From: Octopus vulgaris
Lineage: Eukaryota
Assembly (NCBI GenBank): GCA_951406725.2
Contig: OX597829.1
Coordinates: forward strand, 9,672,001 to 9,736,000
Reading direction: 5' to 3'
Length of the DNA stretch: 64,000 bases
Shown here: positions 13,357 through 26,647 of the stretch, piece after piece
Layout of the letters: each line of letters starts with the position of its first letter
How positions within the stretch are numbered: the first letter of the stretch is position 1
Made by a program: the position numbers and the translations under genes
Notes under the pieces: model-generated
Seen by the model: only the letters and a program-made list of their open reading frames with translations
Database searches by the model: none
Told to the model about the DNA's origin: nothing

Positions 13357-13677
13357 GGTGGCACGTGGATTTGTTGTTAAGGTATGCAGCTCACGATCGT
13401 AAGGTTGCAAGTAAGTTCGATACCCATCGGTGTCCTTGAGCAAGACACTTTATTTTACGTTGCTCCACTCCAATCAGCTGACAAAAATGTGTAGCACCTG
13501 TGCTTCAATAAGCCAACCATGTCACATTCTGTATCACGCTGATGCTCCCCCTAGCAATTACATTGATGTTACGCGTGTCTGTAGAGTGATCAGTCACTCG
13601 CACGATAATTTCAGAAGCAGGCTGTTCGCTTGATCAAATCAACTGGAACACTTGTCATTGCAACCCACTGTGTGCCA
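13357..13677 (+). mobile_element. tRNA-derived SINE (head B + tail 1), diverged
   Basis: Head and CTTGAGCAA.ACACTTTATTT.ACGTTGCTCCA domain shared with 59326. 3' half (GTCTGT.GAG...GCAGGCTGTT...AACTGGAAC...GTGCCA) shared with 21239 and 30407. Confidence 0.8.
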
Positions 13678-13691
13678 GTTATCATATGTGC

Positions 13692-13722
<31 letters not shown>

Positions 13723-14214
13723 GTTACAATGACTAAATTCGTAATCACAGTGGACCTGGTTTCTTGGCAAACGGTTTGTCAACCAGATTATACAGCACAA
13801 GAAGCTCTTCCGTGATACATTGAGATTGCAATCCAACAAGAACGAAATCACTGCGCGGAGTTTTGACTTCTATAACCAAGTGGTAGAAACGTGGCTTGGA
13901 TTCGTTTACGGATGTTTCAACTTGCAGGGTTGGGACTGAAATGCCATGATTTCAGAACACCCCTCAGCAGCACGTGTGAAATGAGACAGTAATTGCCTAA
14001 TATATGAGTGTGTGTTTATGTATGTTTGTGTGTGTGCGTGTGCGTGCATAAAATATTCTCAATAATTTTATCTGGGCGGGTGCGTTATTCTGAGTGCGAG
14101 CTTTACATTATACGTGTACATAAGTATTCATGCGTATGTATTTATTACGTGTATGTGTGTGTGCGAGTTATATATACACTCACACACAAACACGTATATA
14201 TGTATATATATATG

Positions 14215-14324
<110 letters not shown>

Positions 14325-14377
14325 TACATACATTCATAAACATATACATATATGTATGTACTCCCATTATGAAAACC

Positions 14378-14545
14378 AATGCTATCAAAGTGGTTGTTGA
14401 CATAATAGAGAAAATATTTGATGTCTGGTACATTCCTTGATAACAGCGAGCCCATTACTTCTTGGTTGTCTGCCGGATGTTTTAACTAGCAGGTCAACCA
14501 AGTCTCTGTTATATAATGGACCAGATTTGACATACTTAAAAAGGG
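14378..14545 (-). pseudogene. CR1-like LINE ORF2 C-terminal remnant
   Basis: Minus-strand peptides LFKYVK...[13 protein letters not shown] and [20 protein letters not shown] resemble the CR1 terminus TR(S/G)(N/H)..KL.K......RKYFF..RVV..WNSL. Confidence 0.45.
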
Positions 14546-14863
14546 TAATGTGTGTGCGTGTGTGTGTGTATTTGTGTTTGTGTGCGTATGTGTGTGTGAG
14601 TGTAACTATGTATGTGCATGCGTGTGTGAGAGTATATATATGTGTATGCATGCATGTATATATATATATATATATAAATATACACATTGAGAGGTGGGGT
14701 GGAGATAGAGTTAAAGTGACAGTGAGATGAAGAAAGAGAAAGTGAACACACAGACATATGGATATACTTATATTTGTATACGAATTTGTTCTAAGAATTT
14801 ATCTTGCATAATGGAACAAGTTTGACTTAAACTATAAAACACACACACGCACGCACACGCACG

Positions 14864-14913
<50 letters not shown>

Positions 14914-15005
14914 CGACTATATATGCTTAAGCATGTGTACTTATGTAAACATATATATATACATAAATATATATATACATAAATATATATATATATATAT
15001 ACATA

Positions 15006-15061
<56 letters not shown>

Positions 15062-15120
15062 TGTATGTATATGTATATGTATGTATGTATGTACGTATGT
15101 ATGTATGTATAATCCATAAA

Positions 15121-15234
15121 CAAGAATGATTCTGATGGCGACTTTGAAGAGTCGGACGGTTAAACCGTCGTGGCCAGAGTCTGATGCTGGCTTCACTGGC
15201 CGAAACTTCGAAGTCACTGTCAATGATATTCTTG
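15121..15234 (+). ncRNA. Tandem degenerate type-I minimal hammerhead ribozyme-like motifs (Penelope/retrozyme-like relic)
   Basis: Motif 2: CTGATGCT-GGCT tcact GGCC-GAA-ACTTCGAAGT-C (15181-15215), with palindromic stem III and a GUC triplet. Motif 1: CTGATGG-CGACT ttgaag AGTCG-G-ACGGTT a AACCGT-C (15132-15169). Both cores carry mutations. Confidence 0.55.
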
Positions 15235-15642
15235 TATAAGAAGAATATTGAATTTGTAGTCTACAAAACCATAGAGCAACCCATGAGATTGATGTAATAT
15301 TGTGTTTCTTAAAGCTGAACAGGATAAACAGACATTATATCGCTCGCACACACACACACGCATGTATATATATATACACACACATATATGTCAACATATA
15401 TATAAACACACATGTGCAAAAATGCGCATGCGCACGCATCCAATGGCTAATTGCTACAATCGTTACGGAGTGGGATTGATGCTTTCGCGTTAACCGTTCT
15501 CGAGTAATAAGCTCTGAAAAGAAATCTCGCCGAGGTCAAGTTTGTTTTTCTCTCCCTTCGGTGCCAGTTCGATACTGGGGTCGGCTTCTTTTCTGTCACT
15601 CGATTATTGTATGTGTTGTAGTTCTAAAAGAAGTCGGTTTTA

Positions 15643-15722
15643 GTCACACCTGGAAGAGTGGTGAACTCCACCAGGTGAAGGTCACACCTGGTAGAGTGGT
15701 GAACTCCACCAGGTAAAGGTCA
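15643..15722. repeat. 38-bp tandem duplication of a self-complementary unit
   Basis: GTCACACCTGGWAGAGTGGTGAACTCCACCAGGTRAAG occurs twice (starts 15643, 15681) plus GTCA; 2 mismatches between units. Confidence 0.95.
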
Positions 15723-16554
15723 AGCTGTATATCACGAAGGCGCCTCTACGAGACCCACATGTATGCAATGCATATATCTATGCTTGGATGTGTCTTATGA
15801 ATGTGTGTGCGCATATGTACATGTCGTTATTTATGTGTACGTGAATCTGTATCTTCTGCGTAACCCGGCACCGACGAAGAAAATGCTGGTCGGCGACAAC
15901 GACGACAACGACGACGATTATGACGATGATTATGATAGTGTTGTTACTGATAAAAATGATAATGATGAGGAAGAGGAAACGGATGACGATGTCGATGATG
16001 ATGATGACGACGACGACCACGACGACTTCGATGATGATGATGATAGTGGTATTACTGATAATAATGTTGTTCTTGTATACTTTGCTGATGATTACCCTAA
16101 CCAGTTCCCGGTCAACTGTTCTGTGTCAGAGTCAGTGACATCAGAACCACCCGTTCTCATTCCTGGGTGGGACGGTTACATAAAACAATATGAACGGCAT
16201 TTGTTAAACTGATTTAGACCAGACATTATATAAGTCTATATATTTTTAGACCTGTTTGTTACTTAGCCTTAGATAGTAAGTACCAGATATTTCTCCAAAC
16301 TGATTCAGGAATATTGATCACATGAGTCTGAATATGATGAAATAAAATAATAACAGAAACTGACGCACGTGTACCTACGCATACACACATACATATATAC
16401 TGGTATATATGTATATATGTATATATACATATATATGCATATGTATATAGTCATACATCATTATATATATATATATGGAAATTATAGTTACACACACACA
16501 CAAACACACACACACACACACATATATATATATGTTCTAAGTTGTGTGTGTGTG

Positions 16555-16600
<46 letters not shown>

Positions 16601-17450
16601 TTAAATTTGTGGTTTTGCAATGATAACGGATCACATAAGTTTCAGTGTAATTATGAGCAGTGGAACTAAACATCACTAACTCCTCCACTTCCGGTTCTAC
16701 ACTAATCACGTGCTGTTCTTACTTATGCACGGAACATGAGTGTGCCTGTTGACTGTCTGTCTCTCACTTCCCCCTTCAGCTTTCGCTTTCTCCCTCTCTC
16801 TACATTTCTCTCAACGTCTCTCTCTGTCTCTCTCTCTCTTTCTTCCCTCTCTCTCTCTTTCTTTCTTTGTCTCTCTTATGTACGTATGTTATGTTTGTGT
16901 ATGTAACTGTGAGCGTGTAACTGTGTGTATATATATATATATATGTGTGTGTGTGTTTGTGCGCCTGTGTGTGTATGCGCGTGCGTTCATGTGCGTATTA
17001 GTTTGTGTGTGTGTGTGTGTATGTGTTTGTGTTTGTGTGTGAATATGGCCATGGTGTGAAAAAGTTTGCTTTCCAACCATATGGTTCCGGGTTCAATCCC
17101 ATTGTATGGCAATAGTATTCTACTATCGCCCCGGACTGGATTTCGTAGACGGAAATGGAAAGAAACCCATAGTGTATGTAAATGAATATGTGTGTGCGCA
17201 TGAGTATGTATGCGTGTATACATCTAGATATTGGCAAAACAGAGGAGCAATTTGTCAAGTTTTGATTATGGTTCATATATAGAAAAATTAGGTCAATGAT
17301 TGTCAAATGATGATGACTGTTTCTGACCATTTGTTGATCAATAAATTTTCTGTGTGTCCCTACAAGACAGAGCCAAGCGTTGACCTTTTGAACTTCAATT
17401 GCTCAAATCAGCAACAACTACCAACTACATATGCACTCGCCAACACTTTT

Positions 17451-17489
<39 letters not shown>

Positions 17490-17642
17490 TGTATGTATGT
17501 ATGTATGTATGTATGTATGTATGTATGTAGACAATAGGCTTATTTTAGTTTCTGTCAGTCAAACCTATTCAGATGGTTTTGGTCGCCCTGAGACTATAGT
17601 GAAAGACACTCGCCTAAGATGTCACACAGTGTGTCTGAACCC

Positions 17643-17770
<128 letters not shown>

Positions 17771-17798
17771 AATATATATATGCATATACATATATATG

Positions 17799-17906
<108 letters not shown>

Positions 17907-17907
17907 C

Positions 17908-18135
17908 ACGACGGGTTTCTTTCAGTTTCACTCTACGAAATCCACTCACAGGGCTTTAGTTATAGTAGAAAACCCCTTGCCCAAGGTGCCACGCAGTGAG
18001 ACTGAACCCGGAACCATGTGGTTGGGAAGCAAGTTTCTTACCACACACCCACTCCTCCGCTTACTACGTATATATTCTTTTATTCTTTTTCTTGTTTCAG
18101 TCATTTGACTGCGACCAAGCTGAAGCACCGCCTTA
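17908..18135 (-). mobile_element. SINE family C fragments (head 17908-18060, tail 18075-18135)
   Basis: Match the full copy at 28305-28713. More degenerate pieces at ~11905-12010 (+), 17046-17170 (+), 17530-17640 (-), 45825-46010 (-), 55425-55640 (-), 61436-61620 (-) and 61780-61840 (+). Confidence 0.8.
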
Positions 18136-19077
18136 TATTTAAGCATATAAGAGCACTTTATATTTTGTGCTATTTATGTCTAATGTTCTCCGATAGTATT
18201 CTTATACCGTTATTCGTGACGTTGATATTGATGTTTACCCTTAAATCGAACCCACACCTCCTAGGCAATCTCATGTTCAAAGACACTCTAGCTGTGACTA
18301 TTATTGCATGTAGTTTTCGAACCTTTCTCCATTCATTACCCACCAGAAATCGTTCACTACACGTTGTTCACCAAATGTTTGTCCACTACTCTTTGCTCAT
18401 CAAATATTGTCAATCACTGTTTATTTGAACACATATTGATCACAATTGGTTGCTCATGATATTGCTCAACACTCAGTGTTCAGTACAAGTTGTTCGTCAC
18501 ATATTTTTCTTCTTACATTTTTCACGCCCAACCGCGTTCACCACGCATTTGTTTACGCACACTATTAGCCATACACTGTTTATGTAGTGTTCCGTTTGAA
18601 ATTGTATCTTGTTGGTTTCAATTAGTCTGTTGTGAATATCTTCCAAATTTAAGTTCACACCAATTTGGATTAAATGGCCAAGTCTGTTGATAAACTAACA
18701 TTTCTGTCTCTTTCTCCCTCTCTCATCCCCCCTCTCCCTCCTCTCTCTCTCTCTCTCTTCTCTATTTTTTCCCCTTTCATTATCTCTCATTTTTCTCCCA
18801 TTCTCTCTTTTCTGCCTCCTCCCTGTCTCGGTTTTGTAAATTAAATTTTTATAACTTCTCTTCTTCTCTCCATTTCTCTCTCCCATCCTCGCTCTTTCTC
18901 CTTCCCTCTCTCCCTCACTCTGTCTTTTCCCCCATTATTTTCTCCCTTTCTCTCTGCCCCTTATCATTAACTATTTTCTTCGATTTCTTTCATATTTTAT
19001 GACTTTCTGTCTCCCATTTTTATTTTACAATCTCTCTCTTTACTGTGATTCTTGCTCTCTCTCTATCTTTCTCGCCA

Positions 19078-19386
<309 letters not shown>

Positions 19387-19854
19387 GCTTCGGTAAAATA
19401 CTTTTTTATAATTTCTCTTCCTTTCTTCCTCCTCTTTCTTTATATCTTTTCTTTCGTTGCCAGCTCTCCATATTATCTCTCTTTTTCCCGCTTATCTTTC
19501 TTTATCGCTCTCACCCTCACAACACCTGCGTGCACACGCACACACGCCGCACGCACACACACATACACACAGACACACTCATATTCACAAAAGCGCGCGT
19601 ACGCAGGCACGCACCAATCTCTCTCTCTCTATCTTTATATATATCTCTTTATCTTTTTTTCTTTTTTTCCTCGGTTACTCATAAGTGTTTTGAAAGATAA
19701 TCACACTAATTAATGATCCGACAATTAATGGTAATTTACTCGTGTTCTAAAAGATTAGGTAAGAAAGTGTTGAAATTCTAGCAGCTTAGCAGCTTCGCAA
19801 TTTGCTTTTACGATTAGCTCCGAAAGTGTTAAAGTTATTATTGCTATTAATTTC

Positions 19855-19991
19855 ATCATCACCACCACCACCACCAACAACAACAACTCTACCCACCACC
19901 AGCACCACCATTACTACCATTCCTATCACCACCACCACCACCAACAACAACAACACTACCCCACCACCATCACCACAGCCATTACCACCAC

Positions 19992-20034
<43 letters not shown>

Positions 20035-20068
20035 TCATTTTCCTATTTCTTCTTTTTTTCTTCGCATG

Positions 20069-20141
<73 letters not shown>

Positions 20142-20144
20142 TGG

Positions 20145-20193
<49 letters not shown>

Positions 20194-20354
20194 AATAATA
20201 ATAATTATTATTATTATTATTATTATAAAGATATCATCATCACCATCATCATCATCATCGTCATTGTTATTATTATTATTATTATTATTATTAAAGAAAT
20301 CATCATCACCACCATCATCATCGTCATCATCATCATCATCATCATCATCATCGC

Positions 20355-20412
<58 letters not shown>

Positions 20413-20706
20413 GCTGTGTTCTTGTCAGATTAGTTGTTGTTATTGCTGTTCCTGATGTTCTTGCTGATGTTGGTGCAGTGGCTGCTGGTGCTAATGTTGT
20501 TGTGTATGTTCTTCTGATTATTGTTATTCTAATGATTAGGACGTTAACTTCATCATCATCATCATCATCAACAACAACAACACTCATTCAATCAATCAAT
20601 AATGAGAAATAATAACAATATTATTATGAACAGCAGACTTGCAACCGCAAAACTAACAGTGACAAATGTAACATGTCACAAAAACACTAAGAACAGCAGC
20701 AGCAGC

Positions 20707-20773
<67 letters not shown>

Positions 20774-20930
20774 TTTGATGTTGTTGGTGTAGCAGCAGCA
20801 GGAGCAGTAGCAGCTTTGCTGGGAAGGGTTGATGGTGTGAAGAAGAAGAAGAAGATTGTGGTGGTGGTGGTGGTGGTGGTGGTGGTGGTGGCGGTGGCGG
20901 TGGTGGTGGTGGTGGTGGTGATGATGATGA
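19855..20930. repeat. Compound trinucleotide microsatellite field (CAC/TTA/AAT/GAT/CAT/GTA/GGT)
   Basis: Seen directly; source of the poly-L/I/M/S/T/P ORFs. Confidence 0.95.
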
Positions 20931-21238
20931 TATTTTCGTGAAATAAACCAATCAATAAATAAAAAATCCCTGAAATATTTATTTGTGAAAAATCATGAAG
21001 ATCATTAGATATTATAATTAACGAAAAGTGGTTATATTTCATTTGTCTTAGTTTTTACTCATTTTCTTGGGGTCTTTTTTTTTGGGGGGGGGGCTATTAA
21101 AGTTAATCAAAGAGAGAGAAAGATACGAAACCCAATCCAGGCATTCACGGTTGCGTTAATAAATAAACAATAAATAAATATATATGTGTGAATTAATATA
21201 GATTGTTTTATACACACACACACACACACACGTGTAGT

Positions 21239-21563
21239 GGAGCACAATGGCCTAGTGGTTAGAGCAACGGACTAGCGGTCGTAGGATCATGGGTTCGATT
21301 CCCAGACCGGGCGTTGTGAGTGTCTATTGAGCGAAAACACCTAAAGCTTCACGTGGCTCCTTCATGTGAGGGCGAACCCTACTGTATTCTTTCATCACAA
21401 ATTTCTCTCACTCTTTCTTCCTGTTTCTGTTGTACCTGTATTTTAAAGGGGCTAGCCTTGTCACGCCACGTTAAGGGTACACGTATCTGTTGAGTTCTCA
21501 GCCACTTGCACGTTAATTTCACGAGCAGTCGGAACCCTCGTCGTCATAACCGACGGAGTGCCA
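21239..21563 (+). mobile_element. tRNA-derived SINE (head A + tail 1)
   Basis: A box TGGCCTAGTGG, B box GGTTCGATTCC; ends CCCTCGTCGTCATAACCGACGGAGTGCCA. Resembles the octopus tRNA-Arg-derived SINE type (family name not verified). Confidence 0.9.
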
Positions 21564-22813
21564 CGATATATATATATATATGTATTATATATATATCGTG
21601 GTACTATATATATATTCAACCAGTATTTACAGATGCAAGAGTTAGTTATGTGAAACGACTAACTTCCTAAAATGATAATAGTCTCGTGAAATTATGGGAT
21701 CAATTCCGACTGCAAGCAACTACGATTTCAAATTAAGAATTTCTGCTTGCCTTCACCTGAGTTCGAATTCTATCGAAGTCAACTTTACGTTTCGTCCCTC
21801 CAGTGCCGATAAAATAAAGTACAAATCACTGGTGGATAGATATAATCGATTAACAGTACCACCCCCTGAAAATCGCCACCCTTATACCTAAATTAGACAC
21901 ATTTTAAGGTGGCAAGGTGATAGAAGCGTTCGATCGTCGGAAGAAATGCTTTGCTATATTTCTTCCGGTTCTTTGCATTTGAGTCCAAATCCCACCGACG
22001 ACATCTTTGCTCTTCATCCTCCACTGTCAATACAACAAAGTACTAATCAAATACTCGTTTCTTTCAGATTTGATGGTCTTTATTTTATGTCACTCTTCAC
22101 ATTATATTTGCACTTTGTTTAGATGTAACATTCTACATTCTATCCTACATAAAAAAATAAGATTGAACATAGCAGGTCAAGCGAAAGCATAAAGTAACTT
22201 TCACTGGTTTACTTTCAATGTTTGAAACTAAAACAGACTGGAGAGTATTGTCGTTCGCTTGAAGCATTGTGTGTTGTTTGTGAAATATAACGTGTCTTGA
22301 ATGGCACAACCATGCAGAGTGGACTATAATAACTGTTATAATTTAATTAGCCATAGTTTGATATGATAATAATATTTCGGAATATAAATATTCATTCTTC
22401 AGATGTCTCTAGGAATTGATCGAGTCACTGCTATAATCGGTTTTTAAACGGTTACTGAATTTTTTTCTGGAAGCGTTTCTGCAGTGGTCTCACGAAATTC
22501 CTTCCGGAATTCCTCATGATTGTCCAAATACAAAACAACCCTAGTCTACGATATGTGTGTGTAAATATATGTAACTACAAATAAGCACATTATCGTTTTT
22601 CCTAAATGGCTAAACAGTTTTGGAGAAGTCCTCCCCACTTCCGGTATGGTGCTGGTCCTAGTTACCATCTCGTAATTATGGTAAACCTCTTGAGCAGAAG
22701 ATAATTTGCATAACTCATGGATTTATGTTGTGTGGTATTTGATATATATGTATTAGTCTACGGTTTATATAAATATACGGAAATATATGTGTATGTGTCT
22801 ATAAATGTACGTA

Positions 22814-22852
<39 letters not shown>

Positions 22853-23529
22853 GCATACGTACGTGTGTGTGTGTGTGTGTGTAGTTAAGGAGACATACTT
22901 TAGAAGCGAATAGGAAGTTTGGAAATTCATGCTTTAATTGTGAAATGAAACGATTGCTTCCGGAGAGTGAAACCGTGTTGAGATCTCAACACAACACCAG
23001 CTTATTGTTGGCCAGTACTCACCATCATCGCCATCCTCTTTATCATATTGATGACTTGATGGCCTTCTGATGTACAAGAGAAATGTGATAAGAAAGAAGG
23101 GTTAGGTTATTGGGTTTCATTAATATTCTCTTTGAATTCCTACAGATTTACTGAATGTGATAGGGTGAGCCTTTTCAGCGGTGAATTCCAAACTAAGTGT
23201 TGTATAGAAAAAATATGGAAAAAATATGGAATATTGGGAAGAATGTACAAAAAAAAAAAGAAAAAAATGTGGGTTGGTGGTATGTAGATGAAATGGTTGG
23301 GGAATGGAATCGATCTTGCTGGAATTGGGGTGGAGTTAGAGCGATCGAGGTATTAGCGATAAAAGAGGCCAAAAAGAAGAGCATGAAAGGTTTAAGAAAC
23401 CGATTGAGGATTTGTTTCTTCTTTTTTACATATATATTTTTTTTGCATTTTCTTTTTTATTATATTATTTTTTCATCCGCACTTTCTCTTCTTTTCTATC
23501 GCTTTTTTCTTTTTGGCTTATATCCCAGA

Positions 23530-23725
23530 ATGCTAATGGGCCATTATTTATAGGGGGCGGTCAATCATCAATCAATATTATATTTATCTCACGTGGTAAG
23601 TGATGTAAAGAAAGCGGTGGAGTTTCCTGGCGGCAGGTTGAGATCGTGAGCCGGCTTCGATTATTGGTAGATGCAAATTTAATTCTCTTATGCTGCTAAC
23701 GCCTTTTAGAAAGCTAATGAATGTC
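23530..23725. promoter_or_regulatory. Candidate cis-regulatory island
   Basis: TAATGG-G-CCATTA (23534-23546), GGGGCGG, TCAATCATCAATCAA (rc contains TGATTGAT), CACGTG (23590), ATTGG (23663) and octamer ATGCAAAT (23671) within 150 bp. Confidence 0.35.
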
Positions 23726-24049
23726 ACAACATCCAATTTCTCCCAACCCCACCTCTACTCCGAGATTCTGGACATTTTCTTGTCTTAAATCTATAGAAAC
23801 CAACATTTTTAATGTGTTTCTCATAAGAGTATTAAATATAGTAACTTACTCGTTTTTGCAGTCAAAGATGTTCTTCTGATTTGTTTAGAATGGAAGAAAT
23901 GGGGTGCATTAATGTTCATGCCTTCCCTAAATGACTGTCTGTTATTACTGATCAAAAGGGCGTGGGGTGGGGCGGAGTACGTATTATAAAACAACTTGCA
24001 CTCAAAACGAGTTTCGCAGAAAAATTATATTTATTTCTACGAAATATTG

Positions 24050-24240
24050 GTCTCAAATTTTGGCACAGGGCGAGGGCTAACTCGATTACATTGACCCCAG
24101 CGCTCAACTGCTACTTATTTTATTGACCCCGAAACGGATGTAAGGCAATTCAACTTCTGAGAATTTGAATTCAAAATGTTAAGACCGAAGAAATGCCGCT
24201 AAGCATTTTACTCGCTCTGATAACGATGTTGCCAATTTGC
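24050..24240 (-). mobile_element. SINE family D copy
   Basis: CAAATTTTGGCACA...GACCCCAG...CTTATTTTATTGACCCCGAAA...GAAATGCCGCTAAGCATTTT is the reverse complement of family D. Further degenerate copies at ~21740-22060 (+), 25340-25640 (-), 26040-26200 (+), 34130-34270 (-), 35980-36180 (-), 49620-49820 (+) and 57140-57281 (-). Confidence 0.8.
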
Positions 24241-24762
24241 AGCAATATTTCTATAAAATATTGTACGACAGTAATTCAGATTCAAATGTCTTTAAAATTA
24301 ATGATGACTGACGTGATTGAAAAAAGTCATTACAAAATTTTTAATTAATCTCTGTATGATTTGGCAGTGTGTTTCTTTGCTTATTTAAAATTCGTTTGGC
24401 TTAAACTCATTTTTCTTAATTTGTGTCTTTCCCACTTTTTACTTTCTCTCAAGAGTATTCTCGAACTGTTCTCTGATTTCCATTTGCTCAATATCATTAT
24501 AATTATACGGTACTAAGGAGGAGAGGGGACCACACAACTTTCTTATGGTCATTTGCTGATTCCGATATTAGTTTTTCCAGCTGTTTTGCAGTTGCGGTCA
24601 GTAATACTCCTGAAACAGCAGATCTGCTTTTTCCAGCTTTTCTGGAGAAAAACATCTCGAGTGATCCTTAATGGACTTTCTTCCCTATACCGCCTAGGTA
24701 CACACTTCCATATGCCCTAGCCCGGCTGACAGAAATGACATCATACTATACATTATTTAGAG

Positions 24763-24984
24763 TATTGATTCTCAATGGGAGTCCATATGACCCTTCGGGG
24801 TCCATATAAGATTTTGTTATTTAAATTTATCTGCAAATAACTGGTTATAATTCTACAGTATACAAAATATTTTAATAATTTTTTACACAATTTCTAATTA
24901 CATCTAATTATAAAAGACAGTAGGATTTTTTAAACATCGAATGGCTAAAGAGGCCCACAAGCAAAAAATTATTGAGAACAGCTG
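24763..24984. mobile_element. hAT (Charlie-like) non-autonomous element / MITE
   Basis: Degenerate TIRs TATTGATTCTCAA ... TTGAGAACAGCTG (CAGTGGTTCTCAA type). 8-bp flanks ATTTAGAG / ATCTAGGA resemble the NTCTAGAN target. Subterminal GTCCATAT repeats. Confidence 0.65.
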
Positions 24985-26484
24985 ATCTAGGACATATTTC
25001 AGTAGTTCCTTTATAGCCATATGAAAGCTTCTTCTTTCTTTAAGGAATTGGAATGTTACTTTCTCGTTTGCTCGTTCCTGTTTAATCGAGAAATGGGACA
25101 TTAACCCTTTAGTATAATTGTCGTTTGTCCAGTTTTACTCTTGGAGCTGATCGTTGTCCAGTTCTTCTTTCTTCCAGTGCACAAGTCAAAGCTGTAATTA
25201 AAATGTTTAGCTACCATCGGTTGTGCGTGTGTCCTGAGGCAAGTTTATTTTTCAAATGTAGTATCTATGCCACTGTCATTTTCTTATTCCGTTAACCACC
25301 ACTATCCCGTTCTTTAAGTCCTTTTAGTTAATCGATTCAATCGAACTCAATACTTGAATAGTACATCATTTCATTGACACCGAAGATATGAAAGAACAAT
25401 GGCTGCGACAGGATTTAACCTCAGAACTTAAAGAATCGTGACTTCTAATTTAAACACAAGGTCAACAGTTCTGAATGCAAGGAGTTAGTCATTACCGTCG
25501 ACCTAACACTGAACTCTTGCTGTGTTTTATGGGTCTAAAAGAAAGAAAAGAACCTCGTAGAAACTTGACCACGGAAGGTAAAGAGCTGGAACAAATTCAT
25601 AAGAGCATTTTTCCCACGCTCTCAGTTATTTTGCCAGTTCACCAATAACAACAATAATTTTGTTCATGTGATGCGAGAAATTGAGATTGTAAGATTATGT
25701 TTCAAATTCAGGCCAAAAGACTTTAGGATGTGATTCTAAATAACAGGATGTGATTGCTGAGAACTAGAGTTAGACAGATATATCTGACTGCAATTGATAG
25801 GGTCTCTCTGATAAATGATAACCAAACAAATGATATTGTTCTAAATGGCAGTCACTCAATAAGTATGTGATTTTAAGTAAAAGACGATAAAATTTTATTT
25901 TAAAAACATGATTTTATTTTTAAAATTCTAGGGTGCAGATGTGGAAAACAAATAGCTATCACTTATGTCTGCCGGTTATTCTTTAATTTTTTTTATTGAT
26001 CTCATTAGTCAGTGGTAATTGACTGAATTAATTCCTTGCTGTATTCGGTTACGAATATATGAGTTCATATCCCACCGGGGTGCCTTCACTTTTTGTCCTC
26101 CAGGATAGATTAGGTATGTCCTAGTGAAGATTCTAGAACCATTATGTAAGCATCTGTGCCTGCACTTCTGAATTTTGTACTTTTATATCAATGTGCGATA
26201 TAATTACGACCATTCTCGAAGGCTAGCTCCACAGAGTTACATTCCCACGTGCCAATCGAAGTCACTCAAAACTATTTCCTCTTTATTGTTTTTTTATTCT
26301 GAATCTATACTCCACCGGAATCACCTTTACTCTTCGTCGTTCTAGATCACTTTTTTGCAACTAGCTCCATAACTTCGATATGATGCTCTTAAAAATCCTT
26401 CCCTAGTCCGACTTATAGACGATACATATGGGAGTGGATTTCCAACTGAAGTCATCACTAAATACAGAGCATCAACTTGTACAT

Positions 26485-26581
26485 TTCTTCTTCTTCTTCT
26501 TCTTCTTCTTCTTCTTCTTCTTCTTCTTCTTCTTCTTCTTCTTCTTCTTCTTCTTCTTCTTCTTCTTCTTCTTCTTCTATT

Positions 26582-26647
<66 letters not shown>

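Noticed and set aside
15643-15722. Palindromic 38-bp direct repeats as a CRISPR array
   Set aside because: Only two units, no spacers, no cas genes, and a eukaryotic context.
15763-16212. Acidic 149-aa ORF
   Set aside because: The acidic stretch is a (GAT/GAC)n microsatellite and the start lies in TG/TA low-complexity DNA.
24509-24700. Possible Kolobok-like MITE (AAGGAGGAGAGGGGA ... TCCCTATACCGCCT)
   Set aside because: Putative TIRs match poorly (about 9 of 14) and there is no clean TTAA target duplication.
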